Source: Vermamoeba vermiformis
Lineage: Eukaryota
NCBI GenBank assembly: GCA_045837725.1
Contig: JBEWZL010000061.1
Coordinates: forward strand, 1-64,000
DNA length: 64,000 nucleotides
Direction: 5' to 3'
Below the pieces are notes generated by a model, which ran no database searches, had not been told where the DNA came from, and saw nothing but the letters and a program-made list of their open reading frames with translations. Shown here piece after piece: positions 24,159-36,180 of this stretch. The position numbers were made by a program, and so were the translations under genes. Positions within the stretch are counted from its first letter, which is position 1. Each line of letters starts with the position of its first letter.

Positions 24159-26434
24159 TTATTTCATTCCTAACATTGAATTAACAGCGCGCAGATTAGA
24201 CACGAGGGCTGAATAGGATTAGTGTTAGTAAAGGTTGTTGATCGGATCTATTAATCGTTCAAACTTACATTGTACAGTAGCGGAAAATTGATTAGGCTGT
24301 TTCTTAAATACTTTATCGCGTTGTTCTAATACGAAGGGCATATTACGGCACTCAACTTCAATTTCGTAATTGACTTGATCTAACATCGAGCCTGAACTCT
24401 TTTGAAACTCTTTTCGGAAGCCTCTGGCATTCTTAGGCGCATTCTTCTCGTTCTATGTCACGTACAATATTAGCAAAATATTAATAAAAAAATAAAAAAA
24501 TTCGGTACAAAAATATTAACTAAAAAATTCCGATCCAAACGTTGATCTTTAGATCTAGATGCAGGCGGGGGAACAAAAAGCAAAAAGAAAAGAGCACAAC
24601 ACCTCCGATTCCCAGGTAGTCTCCTACCCCAGTACTAAGAAGGCCTGAACAAGCTTAACTTCGCTGATCGGACGGGAAGCGGTGCATTCTTGTTAGTGTG
24701 GTCGTGCCCGAGACGTTCAGCAGCATCGTGTTCGGGTCACTACTTACAACTAACAAGAACATCCGAATCGCAAAAGGCGCTTGGTACGTGGATGTGTTCC
24801 GGGGAACGAGACCGATTAATTGTAGTATTTATATTGAATTACTTACTGTTTTAACACTAGTGACGTCAAATTGCCATAGTGAGTACGCATATGAAATACG
24901 ATGTTTTTCTCGCTCATATTGTACTGGCGAGGTCAGATCCGGTACTATTCCATAATAAGTTAAGAAATTAATTGTAATTTAAATAAGAGCATGTCCATAC
25001 CTTTCTCTTCTATTGTAGCACTAATTCTAAAGTCTAAAATATTATTCGGACAATACACATCCAAGTTATCTAATCGAGTCTTCTTAATGCATCGGATCAG
25101 CTAAGTCAAGCTTAATTTAATACTTATGTACGATAAGACTATAATTCTTGCATACTTCTCCTTTATCATTGACCGTCCTTCGATTTTTAGTGCTGTCAAA
25201 CTGATCCGTTTCCTTTTGCACTTGATATTGCATTCTTGGTCCTTTGTAGGTCGGTTTCTTCGTTTCAGTGAATTTATTGTTCATTAACGTATTGAAACTC
25301 TTAAATATATCCTAAAAAGCGTTCTCGTAAGTAAAGCTCGATCCAGATCGGTTTTTGAATCCGTCTCATACAGCTTCTTTTCAATTATACTATTAACCAA
25401 CTATATCTATACTTACCAAATGTACATAAGATTCAAATCGGACTACTTGCGGGTTAACGCACGCTTCGTTCATAACTGATAGCAATTGTACATCCGTTAG
25501 AAAACATTTCAAATTCGTTTAGAGTAATAATAATTGTATAACTAATATACTGTAAGATGTTTTATAGCGCTATATACTCTTAAAACTTACTTGGAAGTCG
25601 GATGCGCTGATTTGACTGCTTGTCAATCACGAAGCCAAATTTCGCTTCAATTTCGACGTTAGGACGGTCGCCGTATTTGAAAATAAAGTCGCCGATGAGC
25701 TTAGTAATACTATCGACTGAAGAAGTTGGGAACTATTATAGCAAGCATAATTGAGTTGGAGAAAAGTAGCGGATCGGATCGACCCCGCAATACTCTTGTA
25801 ATTGTAAATTAAACGTTATAAAGGATACTATAGGCATTGATAGATATTTAACGATATCCTCGTTGCTATCTTGAGTTACTTCAGGTTTTGGTTGATTTTG
25901 AATTGGTGCTGAATTTTCCTTGTGGACATCTGACTTAGTCTCGACATTCTCTTTTGAATTCACACTTGTATTTTCATTTTCTATATTATTTTGATTGTTT
26001 TGGTGAGGTTGAGAGTGCTCTTCGTGTTGGTCAGAGTTCGTATTTGAGATTGGATCTTGAGAAATTATTTTATCTTGTTCCTGCGAGGTTCGAATATTTT
26101 CTTTTTGGTTGCTATAATCTTCATGTATAGTATTTGAATTATTTACAGTATCGGTTGATTTTTTAGAATTATTTGGGTGGTGTCCAAGCAGGATGGGCTT
26201 CTTTACATTAGCAACAGGTAAAGGAGGCAAATACTTCGGTGCATCGGCATCCTCTCGTTTATATAGTACACGTTGCGGTGCTGGTTGATCTTCGATTTTC
26301 TGCTTTTTAGTTTCAGGACCCTCTTCTTCGATCGAATCTACTTCTGCCAGCTTCCTCTTTTGAATATGATCGTCATTTTCAGTCGATTCGATAGGAATCT
26401 CTGTTGTAACGCCCTCAGATGTGTTTTCGCTCAT
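24159..26434 (-). CDS. CET1: mRNA-capping RNA 5'-triphosphatase (Cet1/Pct1-type triphosphate tunnel metalloenzyme), about 8 exons
   Basis: Spliced product contains DSITKLIGDFIF..NVEIEAKFGFVIDK..RIRLP (motif A), RFES, CIKKTRL..DFRISATIE, REKHRISY..WQFDVTSV, YEIEVE (motif B), LVSNLRAV. Low-complexity N-terminal extension. Confidence 0.92.
24575..24591 (-). terminator. Pol III oligo-T terminator of the 5S gene
   Basis: TTTTCTTTTTGCTTTTT immediately 3' of the 5S on the minus strand. Confidence 0.85.
24591..24709 (-). rRNA. 5S: 5S rRNA gene (119 nt), intronic
   Basis: GGGCACGACCACAC..CCCGTCCGATCAGCGAAGTTAAGC..TTAGTACTGGGGTAGGAGACTACCTGGGAATC..GTTGTGCTC. Helix I pairs, A/C-box-like internal promoter, followed by T-tracts. 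Confidence 0.97.
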
Positions 26435-26506
26435 TAAAAAAACAGTTTATTTAAAGTACAAGGTAAAAAAATATTTAATACGTTTGGATCGTCGGTCAAT
26501 CAGGGT

Positions 26507-29500
26507 TCATAGCTCCATTTTTTCTTCTTTAAGTACGGCATCATTTTTAACCTCTATTCTTTCAAGAATAAAGATAAACACGTCATAAGGTGAGTCTTCC
26601 ACGAAACGAACGGTACCTTCGTCGTTCGCTGGACGATACAAGGTCTTTGTTACTTGCCAAGTCACATTGTCAATAGTGACAGTGCTTTGCGTTGACTCTC
26701 CCATCTTGCAGATTGGCACCACAGCGAAGATCTTAACGAGATTGCACCGACCTCGAAGTCTCTTCAATACTGCTCCCAAGGCACTTGGAACAGCTAAATG
26801 AACCCGGTTAGTAGGCTATTTAAAAAATAGAACCTCAACGTACCAAAGTCAGAGCCCTCACTCAAGGCGTAAAAGTAGACCAGCTCGGTCTTGCTGCCAA
26901 TATCATTCGGTAATTCGCCTCGTTGTTGAATGAAGTTCGTGTTGCACAAATCGGGCAAATTGTTGCTCAAAAACAGTGTCGAAGGCGAGTTTTGACCGTC
27001 CAACCATGTTTGCAGGACTCCTCCTTTGTCTTCAGCTTCTCCAATAGAAATTTCCTTATTAGGCAAGTTCAGCCCCACAACCTCAACGAACGTCGGCAAC
27101 ACTGAAGCGACAAGTTAGATATCAGATATAAATAAGTTATAAGGTACCTTTAATCGTAGTGTTGGGAGTCCAATTCAGCTTCGTATGAATGAATTCGTTC
27201 ATTTTGATGACGTGCATATTGTTCTCAAAGCACAAGTTTTGAAAATCGATGTCTTCCATCACCGTTTTGCACGGGTACAAAACGCCGTTTTCGACCGTTA
27301 GCTTCGTGTTTAAATAGACGGCGCTGTACACAATGCGTTGTTGGAACGGAACTGACACGTTGAAAATTTGCATGTGCCAGCGACCCATGCCAACCAACGC
27401 AATTCGCGCAGGATCGAATCCATACAAACCCTCTGCCGATGTTACTTGTTCTGTTTGTTTGGTCACGGGGAAAGGTTGATTGATTATAGGGTCACCTCGT
27501 TGGTTAATCGTCAAAAATGATTGAGAAGCAGCAATCTTTTTAACAAGCTCGTTGGTCGGCTTGGCAACGCTCTACAAAGTAAAAGATTAATTAACCCTTC
27601 ACTTCGTTGTAGGTTGTCCATGTACGTGCCTCTAATCGCTTCATTGCCTCTTCGAAGTACACAGGCACCATTTTCTTAGAATTGAAATCGATTTTCCAAC
27701 AGCGTTGCACGTTGTCGTCCCAAACATGAATCCAGTGTAGCCCAAGATGATACGCAAAGACCTTATAGTTAACCGCAGTTAGTCCGAGATGTTCGAATAA
27801 TAACATAAGGCATACTTGAATGAATAATCTTGCGTAGCCGATGCCACCGGAGTTAGGATCTTCTTCTCGATCACCAACTGTCATCTTCTCGGGTAAACAA
27901 ACGATAATGCAATTGTTGCCCCACACCTATTATTAAAGAGTTAGAATATTCTAATGGTCAATTACAGTCCTACTTCTTTGTAGCGAGCGAAAGTTGATTC
28001 TCGGACTACCAAGAATTGGATAATATCGGGCAAGGGCTCTATGGACGTCGCATGTGTATAGTTACAAAGGGCTTTTTCTGCAATATTTTTCAGTTTTAAT
28101 CATATAATATTGTGATTTCCTACCTGGAATTGCCAAGCCTGACGACACGCGATAACTGGGCGTAAGTACAACGTGCACATCGTTAGACAAGTTCTTCTCG
28201 CAAATTGCTTTCCTATACGACAATGTTAAGCGGAAGACATAAGGTACCAAAGACATACCATTTATCAACGTGGAATTTAGTGTTCGGAATGGATAGTTGT
28301 ACGGTACTGCATTGCACTTTAGTATTTGCTGATATCGCAAAAGCCGGTAGCGTTGTCGTAATAGACGAAACATTGCGCATCCGCTGCCAAAGCTCGCATT
28401 TTTCGCATCCCTGGAAGCATACGACTTGCGATGGCATTGCTAACTTATACTTTGCAAGGCAGTTGATTGGCTTAACAGCTGTGTATTCTGCCTTCTCCCA
28501 AAGATCTTTTGATTCAATAGTCTGATTCCTTTTGAACGACAAGTTATAATTTAGTAACTTTTGTCTTGACAAGCATTATGCTATAACGTACTTGACGAGG
28601 GACAAATTATCATCACTAATTTTGTTACTTTTATGCGCCATCGTGAAAAAGTTGTCATAATTGATAAATTGAAATACCTAAAGAATGAATTAGATCTCAA
28701 TGATACGAGTGCAATTCGACCGTACGTTTGATGGTGCGGGAATGTCCTTATGCGCTATCGTTAAATTCTTAAGATTGTTCAACAAGCGCTTAGCCTCGTT
28801 GAGCGTAATTCGTTCATGAATCGTCACAGCGTCAATGAAGTGCTGTACGCAATTTTGAGTGTTTGCGCTGTCCTTTGTACTTTGATAAGCTTCATATAGT
28901 AGTCTCTTTCGCTTTGCTAGTAACACTGAATGATATTTGCCCCATGCCTGAGAAGGTTTGAGCATTTGGTTGGTACTATATATACTTGAGAGCTCTTACG
29001 TGTTCGTGGAACCGTTGTTTATCCAAAGGTGTCAAGTACTTCCAGTACGGCAACAAACAAGTGTCTTCGTTAACAGTGCTCTCGAACGTGCATAGCGGGG
29101 TCGGAACAATTTCTGTGCATCAGCGTTAATTCAACTCATTATCTGTCATCGACACGTACCAATTCCTTGAATTTCTTGCTTGAGGAGTTCCCAGAAACGA
29201 AGATAGGCCTCCGTTTTACCGATCTATCAATTGCGATTAGCTAACTAATAAAGTAACTGTAAAAACTTACCTGCGGTTCTGCCATCAATAGCAACCGGTT
29301 TTTATGCTTCTCTGTCGCGCCAAAGTCCATGCTACGATCCTTCTCCTTGTCACTATTTCGGGCGTTGTAACGTCTTCTCCAGTTGAAAGGTGCGTAGCCA
29401 ACATTAATAGTCAGGGTGCCCTCGGTCATGCTAACAATATGTCAGTATAATGAAAGTGGTAAGAGAATGCTTAGCCGCGTACTATGAGTCCAAAGTCATG

Positions 29501-32500
29501 TTCGCGAAGTGCTCAGCAGAGGCTGAAATTCCATCAGAATGCACTGGCTGGAGGGATTTGTGCAGTGCTTTACTGACGAGGGAGTAAGGTAAAGGCTCGT
29601 GCGGCAAGTCTGCATAGCGGCACATGCGACCCAATTCCTGGAAACATCGTAAGTATCAGGGGTACTTTTGTCCTAATATCTTACCTGAACTGCGCTGCTG
29701 ACAGTACCGGGACCTCTACGATGTCGAATTCGTAAGTCCAGGCAGTCCATTGACTTCGGAAAAGTGTCGCCAAGACGTCCCTTTGACACCAATATCAACA
29801 GCACGGGAATGGACCCCAAATCTTTTATCGAATTAATAACATTGCACTGAAACGAGTTATTACTGTACCTTCGTATGACTCAAGTTTACGGTGAACATGT
29901 CCACAGTTGTTGCAGTATCGATTGTTGTTCGGGTCATACTTGGGACATGAGCATTGGCTCACCGACTTTGACGAATAACAGCACATTGATTTACTTTGCA
30001 GCAAATTGAAGAATTCGATTGACAGATCGTTCTTGATGTTGAACGTGCTAAAGTCGGGGCAAATGGCGAACAGGTTATGCCTGATTAAAAGTTAGGCAAT
30101 CTCTATTTTAAAGTAAAGCGTACGTACCACTCCAGTTTACCACGTAGCCATTTCAGTTTCTTGACGAAATCTTCGCCTGATAGCATTTTCCGTTGTCTAG
30201 TCGGAGTATCGCTACCAATGCGAATCAGCTTCATCGTGCCTTGTTGCAGATGTGCTTTTTCCAAGAACGACAGAACGGCTGGTAATAGTTAGACGACAAT
30301 AATAACAACTACTATCGTCGCTTACTTTTGTCGGTCTCAGTCCACAAGTGGTTGTGCTGGCCCTTGTTCTGCATGGCACGGAACTTCTCGGCACAAAAAT
30401 TAGCAAAGTCAGCACTGTTGGTGGGAGCCTCCATCTCTTTGCCAATGCTTTTGCCGTAATATAATGCAGCCACGCGATGAAGCAGCCCAATGTTATTCGT
30501 GTAAAGCGATTTCGTAACGTCTATATTATGTTAGTTAACAACTACTGGCGTGATATTTATCCGTACCATTAAGCAATGTTTCAGCTAATTCTTGCAACTT
30601 ATTTGAGATTTTCGTGTCCCAGAGTTCGTTCCACTCAGCCTCAGACGTAGGAATACAAATCACCCGATCAAATTCGAAGAATTTCTTGAAGAATAACATG
30701 CTGAAAGCGTAGTCAGCCAACAACGTAGCTTGCTCGTCGCCCAGCTCGTCGCAAAGTTGTTCGAAGATATCGTCACTTCTAATACTTGATTGGGCCTTCA
30801 AGAAATAATCTAGGCCGTAGTACTGCTTGCCCTCTGCGCAGACAATAATAATTAATATTTTTCAAGCGGAAGATTCCGCGCGTACCTGAATAGCCTTCAT
30901 TGTCATTGACTCCAGACTGTTTGAAAGCAGCGATAGTTGAGGACCAGTCTACAATATGATGTTCTCCTTCGACGAAGTCCAGTCGATCCACTTGAACTTT
31001 GAACTCTTGTCCTCCTGCTCTTGGAGAAACAGTAACATCTTTTGTAGCCGGATCATAACTGTGCACCACAACTTCCATTTCGGAGTCCTTCAACCGGTAC
31101 ACCTCTGGCAACCTGTACGATTATTAGTCTTGCAACTTCAGTCCACTGCTCATTCTTACCTCGATTGCTTCGTTAAAATATTGTACGGCGTTGCTGTAAC
31201 TTGAAGCACGAAGAAATTGTCCCGAATAAGCAGATCGGGGTAATTCACGTACTCGGAGTTAGCTCCTTTTGCGTTATAGCCCCAATGGGCTTCATCCGCA
31301 ATGAGCACGAACAAGCACTTGTCATCTTTACGTACTAAACCAAGATGTTAGTAGCCGTATTAGTCGCGTCGATTTAAAACTACCTCGCTCTCTAAACTCG
31401 CGATAGGGTTGATCGTTTTTGTTCTCATTAACGTTGTACAGCCAAACAGGAACATTATTACTCGTTTCATCGTACAGACCAAAGTCTTTGATTCTTTTCA
31501 ATGTCTGTTCCTTTAACGTCGTGTAATTGGCGGTCTGAGTAGTTGGCGAGGTCAATAAAGAATACATGTATATTCTTCGCATCTACGTACTGCTACGCAA
31601 ACTTCAAGCTTGTCGAACTTCTTGATGTTCGCGCTTATGATTTTTTTAAATTTGTCGAACAATTTGCGGCCAATGACGTTTTGATCTCGGTACATTCTCG
31701 GGCGGGGTTTCTCTTCTTTCTATATAACTTGTAAGAACCACCTTGAAATCCTTGACACGACAATACGTACCGGTGTAACATCTTTCATGTCAGGCGCTGG
31801 TGGACGAAGATTTGGGGCTTTAATCGTGACACTGAGGTGATTGTCATCGACGACCTCTTTTTCGGCGATTTTGAAATCAAAAGCAACCTCAGCGTCTTGT
31901 ATAATCTTCGCACTTCGTGCTTCTTCACGAACAAGATCTGCCAACTCTAGCGAGCGAATCTCGGAGGCCAAATCTTTCGCTAAAATTGGGGAGGTTGTGG
32001 TCAAAGAGTAGATTAAATCATCATCGTCCGCTCCATATATTGACACAGTGATCGTTGTCGGCGGCGCATTTGTTTCCGTAGTATCGACAACAGCTGTTAC
32101 TCAAATTAGCAAAGTCTTTCTCATGCACTTTGTACGTACTTTCTTCCTCAATGTATATTCTATCAGCTTCATTCCGAACGATGACAACTATGTCCACGGG
32201 ATCCAAGCAGATTATCCAAACATTTTGCTCTCGGTTGAGTGATTGGAAGGCACCAGATGTAAGCAACGATTCAAATGCCCCAGCATTCTCGATGACGAAC
32301 AGCCCGAAAGTGTCACTGTAAATTCTTGTCTGTGGAAAGTCGATGCCTTGGACGTATTTCAAGAACTGTTTGCGGTCCTCGGGTGGAAGTTGATTGACGG
32401 ATCGGTACCACTGATCGACTTGAGCTAATAGTTCTTGCTTCATTGTAAGATCCTCCAAGCTCTGAATAGAAAAGCCTGATTTCTTGGCGACGCCATTCAA

Positions 32501-33137
32501 CGAGGCAATAACCATAAGACAGAGCTTGAAGTATTGTTCGGAGCGGTCCAGGTCGATCGAGATAGGCTTCAAAAGTTTCGGGTTGTAGAACTTGACCGGC
32601 TGTCCAAGTAACCTCGTACAATCAGCATTGAAATTGTCGGAAAAGACAACGCAGTGCAACGTGTTATCGATACTCGACTGCGAGTTGGATGAGACACTTG
32701 GCGGGGAAACGTCAAGTTTCGGTTTTTTAGTGGAACCTTCTCTCTCCTATCATTGCATTTGTAAAAATTATTGTATAGTAGCGATCAAACTTACACCAGA
32801 AGCCTTTCGCTTTTTCGAGGATGGAGAATCCGCCGCAGGCGGAGTATTGTTTGTATTGTTGTTAACCGCTTGGCTTTCTTTTTTTCTTTCTTTAGCCTGT
32901 AGAGCATACCTCTTTGTCGTAATATGTTTCTCTTCCAGCCCGGGAAACATTGCAATCATTTTCTTCTCGATATCATTTTTCGATAATCCTTCTTTCAATA
33001 AGGCCTTTAGAGCTTCCTCTTCCTATAGAAATATGCGTTAATGGGAGAGGCAAAAAAGAATCGATGACACTTACTGCTTCGGTCCAATAGTGCCTCGACC
33101 CTTCTTTCTTTTTGTCTTTTTCAGGTTTCTCGGCCAT
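26507..33137 (-). CDS. GREB1-like protein: Myb/SANT-like N-terminus, circularly permuted SF2 ATPase, TAGT/JGT-type glycosyltransferase; many exons
   Basis: RHYWTEAEEEALKAL; LIADEAHWG; QVTATPYN; SKGRLGDTFPKSMDCLDLRI..QELGRMCRY; RLLLMAEPQ^IGKTEAYLRF; VLTPSYR; LVVRES..YKE.WGNNCIIVCLP..GGIGYAR..IHVWDDN. These match remembered GREB1 motifs GETFPRSL..DLRL, RLLLSGPPQIGKTGAY and GVGAA..ISDD. Confidence 0.88.
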
Positions 33138-33578
33138 CGAGATTAAACCTCTTTATGCAATGTGGTAGTATAACTAAATTGATTGGGAATTGCTTCAGAA
33201 CGCGACTTTGGTCTCCGGTTGGTTAAAAAGAATTGAATTCTCACTTTGGCGGGCGAAAGTCGTCTAATCGTTTTTTCTTGGCGGGAAAAATACCAATCGT
33301 AATTTCGCTTCATAAATTCATGAACCACGTGCAATTTATTGCCTACCCTCGAGTGCACGTAAAAGGACGCCTCTGGGATAAAAGTAATAATATTAAATTT
33401 GTATCTTGTTATAAAATGTTTCTCAATAATTTGTGCTACATACCCTTTATTATTAATAATAAATCGAGTATTATGAACACAAAATCGGCCTTCTTGTTTC
33501 TTTATTAGCAAAATGTTGATTCAACCTAAAAATTAGTTGTGTTCGTCAGTCGTAGCACTTCACTACAACTGAATTAAA

Positions 33579-35818
33579 ATGAAAGTCAGTATTTGTATAG
33601 TACTTACTTTAGTTTTATCCTGCTTATTGAACTTCGTGGCAGGTAAGCAAAAAGATACTCTCCATTATCAGCTTACTTACTTTTATGTTATTGTAGCCTC
33701 AAAAGCAGATGATATTCGGGCATTCGATGAGTGGTATCAAGGTAATAACCTGTTTTAATTCATTTATTTAATTTTTAAAGATTTTTCGAACGTTGTTCAC
33801 GGGATCCTGCAGGAAATAATTCAGTAACAAGTAAATAATAATGTTTATTCAATTTTAGGCATAAATCATAATGAAAAAGTTCGCTTGGAGATGATCGATG
33901 ACGAGCCTGGATTTATCGCGACCGGAAATCTGCTTCACGTAAGCCCTTTTGTCCCTAAAATAACTTGATATCGATACCAAAAATAGCTTATAATATAAAT
34001 ACCGCAAATTTAACAAATATTTGTACTCAGAGTGAGATGGCGCTTATAACTCCTTATGAAGTTTTCATTTCGTCAGAAACTGTAAGTAAACCAAACCATA
34101 ATTATATAAATAGCATTCATATTGCTGTAAAGCTTAATTTTACAATAATAATGCGTATCGATACGCATCCGGATTCGTGACGTGTCAATCGGAAACTCGC
34201 TTTCTAAAAGTTATTTCTGCTCGTGTAGGTTGAAAATGACGCAGTATTAGGAGATGTTATAGAAGATATTTATGACGAGAACGAGGATGATCAGTTGAAG
34301 CCAGTTCAATTGGATGCGCTCTACGTTTACTATCTCTACCACAAATTCTGCGATAAAGATCCAAAATTTATGTGGAGATTATATTTTAAAGCCTTACCTG
34401 ACCATTATGATACGACCTTATTCTTCAGCAAGGAAGATATCGAGCAACTGAAAGGATCTGTTATTTACGGTAAGTCTTAACTCTTCAATTTTTTAAATAA
34501 GGCAAGCTAATAATGGTATTATATAGAGGCCGCTATTGAAGAAAGAAAATTCGTCGATGAAAAATTCCAATACTTGAAGGAAAAGTTGTTCGATGTAAGC
34601 ACTTTTAGGGGCATAAAATCGTCCCGTAAAAACTAAGTATTACCAAATATAGAAAAATCCTGAAGTATTCGGCGAGTGCAAGCCTACTTTGCAACAATTT
34701 AAGTGGAGTTACGCGACAGTAACGGCGCGCAAGGTCGATTTGGTGCACGCGAACAAAAATACCAAAAAAGAACGAAAATTCGTTGCTGTGGCTCCGTACT
34801 TTGATTTTATGCGCCATTATCCTTTCCCAAAGGTACATAATCACCCATACTATACTTATTAATATATCTAATACTCACATATTAATACTAAAAGGTTGAA
34901 TGGGGCTACAGTGCTTCAACTTCAACTTTGCATTGCGAAGCCCACGAGAACGTTCGCAAAGGTCAAGAAGTGTTCAGATTGTACGACGAACTGTCAAACT
35001 CTGAACTGCTCAAACAACAAGGTACATCACCGAGACACGAGGGTCATATTAATACCAGGTCCTAATTATTCGTGTTGTAGGTTACATTCTCGAAGAAAAT
35101 TCATACAATGCAGTGTTGTTCGATCACGATCTGTTTGTCGTTGACAAAAAAGATCCCGAGCACGAGAAGAAACAACAAGCCGTCAACGAGAAATTAAAGT
35201 ACGTACTCAAAAATTTTTAATATCGAACCAGTATTATATGATAGACTTTACCAAGCAAGCGATCATTTTTTATGAAATTGTGGTTGTATTTTCTATCGTA
35301 GTAATTTTTTTTTCCAAATTAGGCAAGTGAAATATTTGCGATTGCTCGATGGAGGCCTGTCCCAAGAACTATTTGACATTGCAAAAACCATCGGAGGCAA
35401 GTCCGATAAGAGCAGCGATTCAGTGGACACGATGTACCATGCATTTATGTTCTTGGAGAAGTTGTGCGAAAGAAAATTGAGCCAATATCCGACCACTCTT
35501 GAGGTACGACTTTTGACACCTGGATCTGTCAACCCAAATGTCAAATTGGTTTGATATTTATAACATTATATCAAGCCCTGAGATACTACCTAAATATGCC
35601 AATGATACTAATATGGGTCGTATTAGGAAGATGAAAAGTTCTTTGAAAGTGATGCATTCGAAGAGTTAACCTCGCGAGCCAAAAACGCGCGAACGGTCGT
35701 CATGGAAGAGAAAAAGATTCTGACGACGATGAAAGAAGAATTCAATACTTTGGCACGCAAGAAATTAAACGAGGCCAAGAAGCGAGGTATTGCCATTGAT
35801 CTGAAGGATGAATTGTAA
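33579..35818 (+). CDS. SETD3/Rubisco-LSMT-like SET-domain protein with signal peptide and C-terminal KDEL, multi-exon
   Basis: MKVSICIVLTLVLSCLLNFVA; WRLYFKALP..FSKEDIEQLKGS; FKWSYATV; PYFDFMRH; KGQEVFRLY..SNSELL; LSQYPTTLE; ends IDLKDEL*. Confidence 0.88.
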
Positions 35819-36180
35819 GATCTACCAACTTTTTTGCGGTTCGATAAATTGTTATTTTATACTTTTTAATTACTACGAATATTATTTTGCATTGCATTTC
35901 AATTGACTTATCTCAACGCTTGTTTGTTCTCCCGAGCTAGTGAAGCAGTAGATCGATCTGGAGCAAAAGAATTTTCAAATGACATATCAGAGGAAGTACA
36001 AAGTTATTATAAGCCGTACAATTCATAAAATCAACTTTTCGTGGCCTCATTGCAAGCGACACTAAGGAAAAGAAAGCGCGTCAAACAGTTGTCAGCTTGA
36101 CACGTCCTTGTGAATTGAGGGGCAAAAAGCCGACCCAAGATTTTCATCAATTATTTTTAATTCTTCATTATTAGAGCACA

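Noticed and set aside
22149-24269. Conserved-block repeat as possible snoRNA or MITE
   Set aside because: Explained as a duplicate of the Cet1 last intron, exon and 3' flank; no terminal inverted repeats or convincing C/D or H/ACA boxes seen.
32021-32140. Apparent frameshift between ORFs of the GREB1-like gene
   Set aside because: Resolved by a canonical GTACGT..AACAG intron.
33143-33511. Overlapping AT-rich ORFs between divergent genes
   Set aside because: Probably the bidirectional promoter region; no protein-like features.
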